DNA from: Lama guanicoe
Taxonomy: Eukaryota
Assembly: GCA_013239625.1 (NCBI GenBank)
Contig: MU054323.1
Coordinates: 6,375,220-6,439,219, forward strand
DNA: 64,000 nt
Direction: 5' to 3'
The position numbers and the translations under genes are program-made. A model generated the notes under the pieces. That model ran no database searches and was not told the origin of the DNA. It saw only the letters and a list, made by a program, of their open reading frames with translations. Positions 25,242-36,740 of this stretch are shown here, piece by piece; positions within the stretch are counted from its first letter, which is position 1, and each line of letters begins with the position of its first letter.

Positions 25242-25509
25242 CCAAGAGATGTAATAGCTGGAAGGCAGTGAGCCAGGCCTCTGGGATGGCTGCAGCCTGG
25301 AGCATAGTCAGTCCTGCAGGGATGGGCATGAGGAGCCCTTCAGGGACAGTGACATACTGAGCCTGGCCCCCGCCAGGCAGCAGAACCATGGCTGGGTCCC
25401 CGATCTTCCAGGGTCCCTGGCAGCCAGGCCCCAGCTCTGCCATGTGTCCAGATGCCTCAAGTCCCAAAATGTTGCTGGCTCCTGGGGGCGGGGGATACTG
25501 GCCTTCTCT
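25242..25509 (-). CDS. TP53I3: TP53I3 coding exon 2 ([21 protein letters not shown]...AFQLLHLL)
   Basis: ctgcag|AGAGAA...CTTGG|gtaagg, 268 nt. Confidence 0.96.
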
Positions 25510-26569
25510 CTGCAGAGAGGATGCATTAAGCAGTGAGCATGATCAGAAATCTGTGTCACCATCCCTGGCTCTCTTCCCAGAGCCCTTTGTTTCAAGACAA
25601 AATTCAGGATAAAGGTAGGTTTTTTTAAGTCAAGAAAAAAGAGATGAGGTAATTTGTTTCATGCAAATAAGAGACTGTAGGTCACATAATCAGTGGATGT
25701 CTGACTGGTAGAGTCCTTAGCTATTTCTCTCATCTAAACCCCTTGTTTTACAAATGAATAAATGGAGGTCTAGGCTGGGAAATGCCTTGTCCAAGGTGGC
25801 AAAGCAAATTAGTAGCAGGAACAAAACCATGTACTTCTTAATGATAATTATCATACATCAAATGCTAGGCGCTGTACTCACTCATCACAATCTTCAGAAG
25901 CCTCCAACCAGTGGCTTGAGACCAGAGGGACTCAACTAGGAGTGTGCATCAAAACCATTTGAGGAGCTTTTTCAAAGTACACATCCCTGGGTCCCGGTCC
26001 TGTTTATTTTGAATAAGTGCCCCTCTGTGATTCTGGTGTACCTGTCTCAATTACTTCAAAAAATGCAGCTGGCCCAGTTTAGTGCTTCAAATAGAAGCTG
26101 GAAGAAAATTCTTAGGAATACTGCCCCCCTGCCAGCTCCAGGACTCTCAGAGTAGAAAGAATACAGATTTTGGAAGCTTAAGACAAAGACTCAGTTTGAA
26201 TCACGGCTCCCCTGGTTCCTAGTGTTGGACTCATTACTGAACTTCTGGGACCCTGTTTCTTTATCTGTAGAATACAAATGGTGAACAGGGACGTCTGAGG
26301 AGTTAAGGAGATAGATCAGGGCCTATCACACACTGCCCTCCTCAACAAATGGTAGTTGCAGTCTCCTTACCTGGAAGGCTGAGCAGACAATGGATTGACA
26401 CAGGGTGGACTCTGCTTTGCAAAACCCCTACATTTTGTGTAAACAACGGAGGCTAAATGGTTCTAGTTTCAGAACCCCCAGCACACACACCATAATGAGT
26501 GTTAATGGTAGTGTCCTAAGTCATTCCTTCATCTGTCTGGTGAATGTTTATTGACAACCCTAGGGTCCC

Positions 26570-27240
26570 GCCCAGTCCCAGCCGCCGCCTGACCCTTGTG
26601 TACCTGGAGTAAGTCCGCCCGGTTCAGGGCGCTGGCTGCCACCTTCAGGAGGACTTCACTTTCCCCTGCGCTTGGCTTGGCCACTTCCTTCAAGTAAAGG
26701 TTTTCTGGTCCTCCAGGCTTGTCAAAGTACACTGCTAACATGGTCTCTGAGGACACAGGGTAGAACAAGGGTGAGGAGCCCGAGGTTCTTTGAGGGGCGC
26801 AGCGCCCCCTGCCGCTTTCAGGTGGACCCCACATGGAGGACACAGACTGGGACCGGGTGCAGTGAGGATGGTCGTGTGGGTTGGATGCGTTGGAGCAGGA
26901 AAACACAGAAGAGCGTAAAGCAGCTTTCACTCCCTCTTACTTGGGATACCCCGCCCGCCCGCGTCTCTGGAGCCCGTAAGAGTTACTTGCTCCGGGCTGG
27001 CCCCTTCCGCTGCTCCAGGCGACACCGCGCGGTCCTCCGCTCCCTGCCGGTCTTCGGAGCAGAGTTCCGGAGCCGTAGCGCTGCCTCCGCCACGACTACA
27101 ATGGACGGCTGGACTCCCAGCAGTGCGAGGGGTGTGGCTGACCAGAACCAACCCTCCCCTTCTTCCTTCTCCTTCCTTATTTAAAACGCAAAGTTGGTTT
27201 GGAAAAAAAAAAAAAGACTAGTGACAGCCAATCAGATTTT
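26570..27240 (-). promoter_or_regulatory. TP53I3 CpG island/promoter with a probable non-coding first exon (donor at 26940, acceptor at 26747-26748)
   Basis: CpG-rich. Minus strand shows CAA|gtaaga at 26940 and ctaccctgtgtcctcag|AGACCATG; CCAAT box at 27228. Confidence 0.65.
26604..26741 (-). CDS. TP53I3: TP53I3 coding exon 1 ([46 protein letters not shown])
   Basis: agaccATG...CTCCAG|gtacac, 138 nt. The five exons total 999 nt = 332 aa + stop. Confidence 0.96.
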
Positions 27241-27635
27241 CTTTTCCTTTGAGCTTCTGAAATCTAGTTTTCCTCTTGGTTTGGTATAAAATGCTGTTTC
27301 TGCGCTTGCTTTGAGAAAACGTCCCTCTCTAGGCAACTAGATGGAAACTTTTTGCAATCCATTTCCCCCATCAGGTCAGGCTTTTAGCCCATTTGCGCTG
27401 TAGGTCTGGCTTCCTACCCTTCCTCTGGGCAGGTGTCTGGAGTGGAATGGGCAAACGGTACTGCTGAGAGAAACGAGAGGAGCCTTAGGGGAAAAGAGAA
27501 AGTAAAGCCGTCCTGGGATTCTTGTTACTTCTGCTCTTCGTCTTGCCTTTCCTGAGGCTTAAAGGAGCAGCCCCTGGAAGATGCTGACCAATGAGGCAAT
27601 TTAGCCTGGTTAAAGGCTGGATAAATAGGCTGCAT

Positions 27636-27847
27636 CAGGGTTTCTCAATCTCGCCACTATTGACATTTTGGACTAAATAATTCTTTGTTGTGAAAGACTG
27701 GCTTGTGCAGTGTGGGATGTTTAGCAGCATCCCTGGTCCAACAATAGATACCAACAATAAAATGTAACAATAAAAAACATCTCCAGACATTGCCAGCTAT
27801 TCCTGGGGTGGGGGGGGGGCAAAATTGCTCCTGGTTAAAAACCACTG
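27636..27847. mobile_element. MER20-like hAT-Charlie MITE
   Basis: cagggtttctcaa...ctattgacattttgg...ggttaaaaaccactg. Confidence 0.8.
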
Positions 27848-29371
27848 CATTAGAAGAATTATACATGTATGTGCACCTGCACAAAAATAGGTAACTTTTT
27901 CTTTTTGTTGCAGCGACATAATTTTACCACCTCTTCACATGCCTTCTTTTATTTGATCATCATAATACTTTACTAAAAAGGAACTGAGAATTAGAAAGAT
28001 TAATTTGGTTTCAAAGGGTACATCACTGGTGAGTTATCAGAGCCAGGAATCAAACTCAAATCTCCTGGTCCCTGTATAGGGCTCTATAATAGAAAGAAAG
28101 GCTGCCCAGGGCAACAGTTTCTCCTATCAATTACAAAACCTCCATTCTCTTTATTTACTTCCCTCTGCTGAGCACACCTCTTACAAGAAGGTTACCCAAA
28201 TTATCTGTTTTTATAAGGCCCATTTTCCAAAAATGCCTGTCAGCTACTATCCCTCCTCCTGCCATCTGTGTCAAAGCCATTATTACAAAAAAAGGGACAG
28301 AAGCCAAACAGTGTACTCAGAGAGAAAGTCCTTGTGAGGCCTTTTCTGGAACCTGTGTGGTGACTATTTCTTGCTGCTTTCATGGATAGGCTCTAGTTCT
28401 CAGAAGGACCATGTCACAGGGAGGGCAGGAAACCTCTGCTGTTGGCTCCCTGGTGATTAAAGAATAAAATCCAAACTTGGTAGCCTGGCACTTAAAGTCA
28501 TATTCTCTCTCTCTTCTCCAGAAAAAAACCTGCTCATCTTTCAGGGCCCTGCTTATGCATCTCCTCTGAGGATTCTCCAGAAGGCATTTTCTCTCCCTCA
28601 CCCTTACCCCTTTGGTTTAGGTAAGAACCAAATCTGAAGAATAATATCAGAGTTTTCTGATAAGCAATGGAAAACAATGGACCCTGGGAAAAAGCTTGAC
28701 TTATAGAGATTTATAGGAAAGTGAATATTTCATAAGAGTGTTTGCCAAGTCTCTAGCCCATAAGGGACTCAGATGGAGCTTCATAGATGGGCGGAGTCCT
28801 CCATGCTCCTGAGAATGGTCAAGTACAGGGGTGTCAAAAGAACAAGGAGTCTTCTTGCCATCTTGTATACCCCCAGCCTACAAAGATAGAGACCACTTCC
28901 CCTTTCATTGGTCTGCCATAGTAATTTAGGCTGTTCCAACAATCAAAAAATAATTTATTTCACGGGAGCCAGCAGCCAGTCAAGATCTGTCAGAATGAAT
29001 GAAATATATGCCCAGCAAAATTGAGCAACTACAGGAAACAAATGAAAACTTGAATTTAAAAAACAGTTGAAAAGATTCAGGAGTACTACAAAAATATTTC
29101 TAGAATTAAAAAAAAAAAGGTTTCCCAATTAAACAATTCAGTTGTTTGTTTTGAAGGGGATGGTCATTGTTGAGACCTGAATTAGTGGTTTAGAAGATTA
29201 AGGTCACAAAATATGTCAGGCAACATAGCAAAACTCTAAAGAGATGAGCATTCATAAAAGGGTAAGAGATTTGGAGAATAAATTCTGGAGACCTCACCAT
29301 GAAAATAACAGGAGTTTTAGAAAGAGGAGGACACTATATATAAAATAACAGGAGTTTTAGAAAGAGGAGGA

Positions 29372-29578
29372 CACTGTATATAAAATAGATTAAACAGGTT
29401 TCTTCTGTATAGCACAGGGAATTATATTCAATACCTTGTAGTAACCTATATATGAAATATATGTATGTATATAATATATGTATGTATATGTATGACTGAA
29501 ACAGTATGCTATACACCTGAAATTGCCACAACATTGTAAACTGACTACACTTCAATAAATGAAATAAATAAATAAAGA
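29372..29578 (+). mobile_element. Younger artiodactyl/camelid-type L1 3' end
   Basis: tgtatagcacagggaa...acaacattgtaaactgactacacttcaataaa plus an A-rich tail; same family as 60181-60367. Confidence 0.85.
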
Positions 29579-29748
29579 AATTTTTTTAAAAAAGAAAGGA
29601 AGAGAAATGGATGAAGATGACACAATAGTTAAACAAGTGATAAAATAAAAATTGCCTAAACTGTAGCAGATTCTATAAATTGAAATGATTCGTGGATTTA
29701 AAGGATGGGTTGACTAAAAAAACCACGTATCTGTATTTTGTAAAATTC

Positions 29749-29914
29749 AGGAGGTTGAGGTATAGCTCAGTGGTAGAGCGCTTGCCTAGCATGCATGAGG
29801 TCCTGGGTTCAATCTCCAGTATCTCCATTAAATAAATAAATGAATAAACCTGATTACCTTACCCCCAAAACAAAACAACAAAACAAAGCAAAACAGAAAC
29901 CTACAGCTATATGC
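29749..29914 (+). mobile_element. Camelid-type tRNA-derived SINE
   Basis: TAGCTCAGTGG / GGTTCAATC boxes and a (CAAAA)n tail; candidate TSD tgtaaaattc at 29739-29748 and 29915-29924. Confidence 0.9.
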
Positions 29915-30173
29915 TGTAAAATTCTTAGTTCTATAGATTTCCAAGTAAAAAGAATAAGTTGCCTACAAAAGGTTAAGAAATCAAAATGGCATCAGGTTTC
30001 TATCTGCAATCTGGAAGCTAGAAGAGTAGACTTAACCATCTACTGACCAGAGGGAAAGGGCTGCAACCCAATAATCCTGTATCCAGCTAAGTCAGGTACT
30101 TTTTTCAATTTGTCAGGGCTAAAATATATATATATTTGAGAATATGCAAGAGTTCAGAAACACATCACCCAGA

Positions 30174-30303
30174 GCCAGAAAGAGAAAGAAAAATGCCATA
30201 TGATATCACTTATTTGTGGAATCTAAAAAAAGGGACACAAATGGAGTACTTACTATTTATAAGTGTAAGCACATTTGACTGTCAAAAAAAAAAAAAAAAA
30301 AAG
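30174..30303 (+). mobile_element. Short polyadenylated retro-insertion with an 18-bp TSD
   Basis: TSD agaaacacatcacccaga at 30156-30173 and 30304-30321; L1 3'-region piece followed by an A19 tail. Confidence 0.85.
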
Positions 30304-31844
30304 AGAAACACATCACCCAGATCCACCTGTCAATACTTGAGTCAAGGCTCTAACCAAATAACAGCAGATGGAGAAGAAACAGTTGTAAACAACAAACTTT
30401 GCAAAATATATAGAATTAAACTGATTAGATTAAAATTCACAGTGGATAAGGGTGGATGGGGAGTATATATGAGAGCTAAATAAGAACTTTTAAAATGTAA
30501 GAAATTACTGTGAGGGCAATTCTAAATAATAATCAAGCACTAACTGTACTAAAATGTCTCTGCAAAACTCGAAGTTGAAAGATGCTAAAGATCTTACCTC
30601 ACTAGTGAATGCCTTGGTGGGGAACACTTCCAAGGGAGGAGGGGATACAATCTTAAGGGAAAATAGGTTATATTTAGGAGAAATGTATCTGATTATGAAA
30701 GTTGGGAAATGAACAAGAGAACATCCAAATTATCAAAGTGGGGAAATGGAAATGGTAACCACTTAATAAAGCTGGCAAAGGAAATAGAAGGAAAAAGAGA
30801 AAAATGTTTAATAATAAAATGAAAAATAAAATCAAAAGCATAGCAATTATTACAATAAATTTAAACAGATAAATTCTCCTATTATGAGTCAGAGATTGCC
30901 AGATGACTTTAAAAAGGTAAGATCTGTAAGGAAGATATAAAAATTATGAGCCTGAATGCATAAAACAATAAAGCTAAATTAGAAATTCAAAGATAAATGG
31001 ACAGAAATGTAATCCTAGTGGAAGAATTTAGTAAATCCCTTTCAGGATTTGAGTGATATAATAGAAAAAAATCAGTGACACGGAAGAATTGGGTAGTGCA
31101 ATCAGTAAACTTGATTTAATAAACCTTGCAAATAGAGTATGTCTATTTTAGGTCCATCGAACATTTATAGAATTAATTAAGCACTTGTCACCAAAGAAAA
31201 ACCTTAACAAATTTTAGAAAGCAAGAATTTTACAGGCCATATTTGCTCAATCATATGTTAATAAAATTAGGAATGAATGATAAAAAGAGGATACTTTCAC
31301 CACCTCAGAAATCCCTTAAGTATTTGGAAGAAACACATTCTAAGATAACCTTTGGATCAAAGTGGGTACTACAAGGGAAATTAAAAGGAGGTGAGGGAGA
31401 ATTACAAACTATGTAGAAATAAACCAAAGGAGAATAACCTTAAATATGTTTTAAATGTGCTCAATATTAAAGAAGAAACATGAAAAATGAAGAAACTAGA
31501 TATTCTTAAGTTAGCAAAGTAACACAAAATAAACAAAAATAAACTGAAAAAAAGAATGAAAATAAGAGCTGACATAAGTAAAATAGAAAACAAATAAACA
31601 AAACGATAGTCAAGATAAACAAATCCAAAGGCTAATTCTTTATAAAAACCAATAACAGATGAACTCTATTGTGAGTTGGATTCAGGGAATAAGAGAGAAA
31701 GTATGAAAGATTCGGAATGAGAAAGGAGATACAACTACAGATACAGGAGTAGTTTAAAGAAGAATAAATTCAAATTACACATAACTTTATGGCAACAAAT
31801 CTTCAACCCTAGAGAAAATGGAGGATTTTCCAGCAAAATTACTT

Positions 31845-32180
31845 CTCCCAATGGGAGGTGTGTTTTCCCCTCACCCCATTGATGTTGTGCTTGGCCCTGT
31901 GACTTGCTTTGGCCAGTGGGATGGGGCACAAGTCACAAGGACACGGTCATTTTCCGTCAGCCTTCTTGGCCTCCTACCGTCCACAGGTGGTGTCCTTCAG
32001 CTTGTCCCAGGATGACGAAACGTACAGAGCAGACCTGAACCCAAACTACTGTCTGGGACTAAGCCCAGGAGAGCCCAGCAGGGCCCTGCATAGCCGTAAG
32101 TGAGCAAGAGATAAACAGTTGTTGTTATAAACTGTTAAGATTTTGAAGTAGTTTATTTTTGTAGCAAAGGTTGATTAATA
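31845..32180 (+). mobile_element. MaLR LTR fragment (MLT1-like)
   Basis: cttggccctgtgacttgctttggccagtgg ... aagattttgaagtagtttatttttgtagcaa. Confidence 0.7.
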
Positions 32181-33576
32181 AAGACAAAAATTTCTTTTAA
32201 AAATTAGCAAATGGAATTCAGCAATTTATCAAAAGTAAGGTACTATATGAGTATACATATAAAATCAGTATTAGGAAATCTGTCACTAGAACTCTAAGAT
32301 CAACAAATTGGAGGAGAAAGCATCAGCCCTTGCCAGCCTGTGGTGGGCAGAGAAGAGGCAGTACAGGCTGTGGGTGGAGGATGAAGAAGTTGAGGGAGCC
32401 CAAGGGACCCCACAATAGCCCTCCAGGCTGAGGGTGTCTGATAGGGTAGAGCTCCTATCAGAGCTGGGGGACAGGTCACAATGCATGGATGTGGCTGTGC
32501 TCACTGGAGGCTTGCAGCTTCCCAAAGAGGCAAGTTATGAGGTCTGTTTTCAGATGGGGAAACTGAGAGTCAGAGGGGTAAATGCTTTCTAGGGTCACAG
32601 AGCTAGTCAGTACAGAGCAGTTGCTGGAACCCAGGACTCCTGAGTCAGGCTGTCTCATCAGCACTTCCACCTGAAGGCTTCATTGAAGGGGGAGGAAAAA
32701 GGACAAGTGGAGGGAAGGAAGGACATGGAAATAGCTGGGCCAAACAGGAGGGAGAGGTATTGCTACAAAGTTGTAGGGGAACTTATGAGGTTTCCCTTGG
32801 TGCAACACACATTTTCTCCATCTCTGGGTGAATGGACTTCCCAAAGGATCAGCAAAGAGGTCTGCTGGAAGCCCCACAAACATCCCCTGCCCCAACCCCT
32901 TTGTTTTGGTCAAAATATAAATTTTGGGATTGGGTGGTGATTTTCAGATGACTGGTTGCAATGGCAATATTACGCAGTCCTCCACATCTCTGGCCTCTTA
33001 AGCGTCTCCTCAAAGAATCATGTTTAAGCAGAACAAGCAAGATCTGTGCTGGCATGGGGTGGAAGCATGTGTCCCAGAAACTCAAATGTTGTAAGGGCAC
33101 AGCTGCTGCTTATCCTGAAAATTAAATGGGAGTGGGGAGTAATCTCTGCCAGATGTCCAGTGGGCTCCTAAGCACCTCTAAAGGGTCCTGTGCGGTTCTG
33201 CTGAGTTACCTTAAAACAGCAGCTTCTCTGGTAACTCAAGCCCAAACTTGGGCAGCCCAGCAGCTCAGTGATGACTCATGGTTCTGAAACTGTGTAAGGG
33301 CTGACACTCCCTGGAGGAGCTGGGCCAGTTCACTTCTGGGTACCATGCCAGTCTGTGCTTGCAGGACTTTCTCTGGGCTCTTCCTCCTCTCTCTCGATGA
33401 GCACCCCACCCTGAGGATGGTGGGGCAGATCCCAGGAGTAGGGACTCAAGAAGTCTCTAGGAGAGGGAAAGGCTTGGAGTAAGCTTAGTGGAGCTGCCTG
33501 TTTGGTTACCTGCCCCGGCCATTTTCCTGGGCAGCCATCCATGTGGCTCAGGGCCCAAGACATTTCTAATTCCAGG

Positions 33577-35050
33577 CAGTGGTCTTCACACTTTTTTATT
33601 CTCAAACAGACAAAAAGCATTTTCAAAAACTATGTGTCCTCTCTTAAATATTCAAATTGATATCTAAAATATTTCATCTTAAATTTAAGTAGTGCAAAAG
33701 ATATGACTTCTGATCATAAATACTGACGTTAAAAACTCTTTTGTCAGGCTTTTAAATGTATCAAGTGGAATACAGATTTAAGAGCAATTTGTTAATATAA
33801 TCATCCACTAAAAACTACCCAATTTATTCTTTAACAGCTGTTTTAAAATTTCATTTTTATTCTAATACTTATATCTTCATTTTATATAAGAATTATATCC
33901 TGCTATATTTTATGCTTTATTGATCATTCTTATTTGCAGCAAATAAATATATGTAACCTGACATTAATGTAAGAATTTATTTTCTGTGACCATAGGGCTA
34001 TAAGTGTTAGACTTCTTCTGGATTTAATTATCATTATAATATTAATGAATAACTGATCAAAAACATTATTTTGAATGATTTTAATGTTATTTAAAGTATT
34101 ATTTTAACTATTAATAATTATAGAACATAAAAAGTAAAATTTTATTGGACCATTGGTGGGCCTGAATTTTTCCAGATAATTACTGTATCTGCGAATGAGT
34201 GTTAATTATTGCTAGGATGAAACTGGGCTCAACATTAATCTCTATTTTTCATTTTTATGGACAAGCTGTGAGAAACTTAATTTGCATAAATTAGATGGGA
34301 AAAAAGAAATTTCATTATAGGAATGTCAGCCAGTTGTTTGAATACCTTTGAGTTATATGATAGAAACCATATAATGATCTATCATCAAAAATTATTTTCA
34401 GTGATCTATTAGCTGGCAACTTAATTAGGTCTTCCTTCAATTGTGTTGAAAGCAAAGATTTGGAAACCACTCAACCTGTAAAGGATTAGTTATCCAATAA
34501 CAAGTGTCATTCCAGTTCTCAGTTTCTGGGGTTATACCAACAAAGCTTTGCAAAGATTTATCAAGTGATTATTAATTTTATCTGCTGCTTTTTCACTTAG
34601 AGGCACCTTGTTTAAATTGATATACTCAGGAGGATATGGAAAGGAAAAATGTTAATCCCAATACACTTTTGCTAAGACAGTTTTTTGACTATATCCTTTT
34701 ACTGTATCATGTGCTGTAGGTATATTTTTATTAACATCTTGGAGCTGTAGACTTAACCCACTTATGAAAAATATCAGTGGCATTCTTCTTGGCAAAGCCG
34801 GCCATCATTGTTAAACTAATCAGCCAAATCAAATTACTTTCTATTAGAAAAAGTTTCTCATTTTTTAAGTAATCGTGTTAATTCATGTCCTCATGACAGC
34901 TGTTTTGCTTCTGAATTTTAAGGGACATAGATAAGACATGGAGTCTTCCTCTCCTAATGAATTAAGATATAAAGATTTTCACTATTTCTCAGTGATGCTA
35001 TTTTTGCTTTATTTTCATGGAACTCTTCTCATATGATATATTTTTGACAC
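33577..35050 (-). mobile_element. Decayed hAT-Charlie DNA transposon with a transposase remnant
   Basis: Terminal cagtggtcttcaca. The minus strand near 34200-34280 reads FSQLV...RLNVEPSFILAI across frameshifts, resembling the hAT C-terminal dimerisation region. Confidence 0.55.
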
Positions 35051-35990
35051 TAGAGGATGGAAGAGGTCATTAAATTTGAGAATATTTAGAAATTTCCTTT
35101 CCTTTGGCGCTCTGCAGTTCTTATACTCCAAGCCAAGCATCACAGAAAGCTGGGGCTGGATGACAGTAGGATTTTCTTTTGTAGAAAGTTTATTAGGCAG
35201 TTGGGGAGGGGAGGTGGAGAAGAAGAACTAGCATTACTTCTCAATCATAGCAGATAAATTTTAGGAAAGTGTGTATGGAAGTTGAGGATCTGGAAAAAAT
35301 GAACCCCTTAAATCCATTCATGCCTGTATGTGCCATTGTGAACCATGGGGCACCAATTTCCCTTGTTTGGAGACCTCTGTTTCAGATCATCTGCTCCCTG
35401 GACACCTGCACAGGTACTGTGTAGCTGTCATCAAAAGGTCACTTTTATGGGTCTCTTTGAGTAGCTGAGCCCAGCTGGAACTTTGCAGTGGGAATTATAG
35501 GATGCAATTATAGGGCTGTCTTACATAGGAGGGCTCCAGACACTGAGGCAGTGCCTTGATGAGACTTATGAAAAAGGCTCCCATTAGGCACCCGGCAGTG
35601 CAGAGTGTGTGTGTCTGGCAAATGCTGGTGAGTAGCCAAGAGGTTTCATAATGGCCTTCAGTATTTCAGGTATCATCATGATCCAGGGGCAAACCTGCCT
35701 TGCAGGCTCAAAAACCCCAGTTTGTCAACATGTGGAGAGTGGGTATATAGTCCACATAACTAAGTTGTAAAGTTCAGATGTCAATGTGCTAATTTACAAG
35801 GAGAAATCATTGGCATGAGGTCTGACCCCAAAATCAATAGGTAGATCTACATGGAAAGTGAAATGGTGAGCAAAGACTCAGGACAAGATGAGATGATTGA
35901 GAGAATTGAATGCTTACTACTAAATCTGGCTAAGATAGAACATATAGCCACCTATATACCATGGTAAAATCTTGCCATTAAGACCAGAAG

Positions 35991-36740
35991 TGATATAGTA
36001 AATATATATTTAGTCTTTGTACCTGTTTTCTGGCACAGAGCTTTGAAACTCCTGGGATTTCCTGAGTGATAGGAGTGTGTTTTGTTATTCATGCTAATGA
36101 GATAACTCATGGTGGGGAGTGAAGGGCTACATAGCTGCAGGATGGGACCAGTCACTAGAGGATTAGATTAGAGGGTTGAAATTTTTAGCTTCAACCCCTG
36201 ATCTCTGGGGAGGGGAGAGGGACCGGAGATTAAGTTCAATCATGTGGCCAGTGACTTAATCAATCATGCCTACTAATGAAACCCCAAATAGAAACTCTGG
36301 AATGAGGTTTGGAGAGCTACCTGGTTGGTGAATTGATATTCTGGGAGGGTGGTTCACCAAAGCATGGAAGCTCGGAGCCCCTGTGCCCTACCTCCAGGAC
36401 CCTGCCCTAAGTATTTCTTCCATTTGGCTGTTCCTGAATTGTATTCTTTATAATAAAACTGTAATCATAAGTATAACACTTTCTTGAGTTCATTGAGTCA
36501 TTTTAGCAAATTATCAAACCAAAGTGGGGTCAAAGGAACCCTCAAATTTGTAACCAAGTCAGAAGTCTGAGTAGTCTGGGGACCCAAGAGTTGTGGCTGA
36601 CATTTGAAATGAAGGCAGTCTTATGGATCTGAGCGCCTTAGTCTGTGGGGTCTGCATTAATTCCAGGTAGTTAGTGTCAAATGGGATTGAATTGTAGGAC
36701 ATCAGTTGGTGTCAGAGTTGCTGCTAGAAAATACCAGACA
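35991..36740 (+). mobile_element. Solo LTR (MER21-like)
   Basis: TG...CA ends; ttctggcacagagct, ttaatcaatcatgccta, tataataaaactgtaat, gttggtgtcagag. Confidence 0.75.

Larger units (their letters stand above)
28990..31830 (+). mobile_element. Highly decayed old L1 (ORF1/ORF2 region) hosting younger nested insertions
   Basis: A-rich strand with L1-like remnants (aaaatagaaaacaa, aaatccaaaggctaattcttt, ataactttatggcaacaaat). Confidence 0.65.

Noticed and set aside
26672..27184. 170-aa + strand ORF antisense to the TP53I3 5' end
   Set aside because: CpG-island artefact with a non-ATG start and no recognisable motif.
32948..33090. Possible + strand exon (ttttcag|ATG ... |gtaagg) in the intergenic region
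   Set aside because: Poor pyrimidine tract and a 17-codon ORF, with no independent support.
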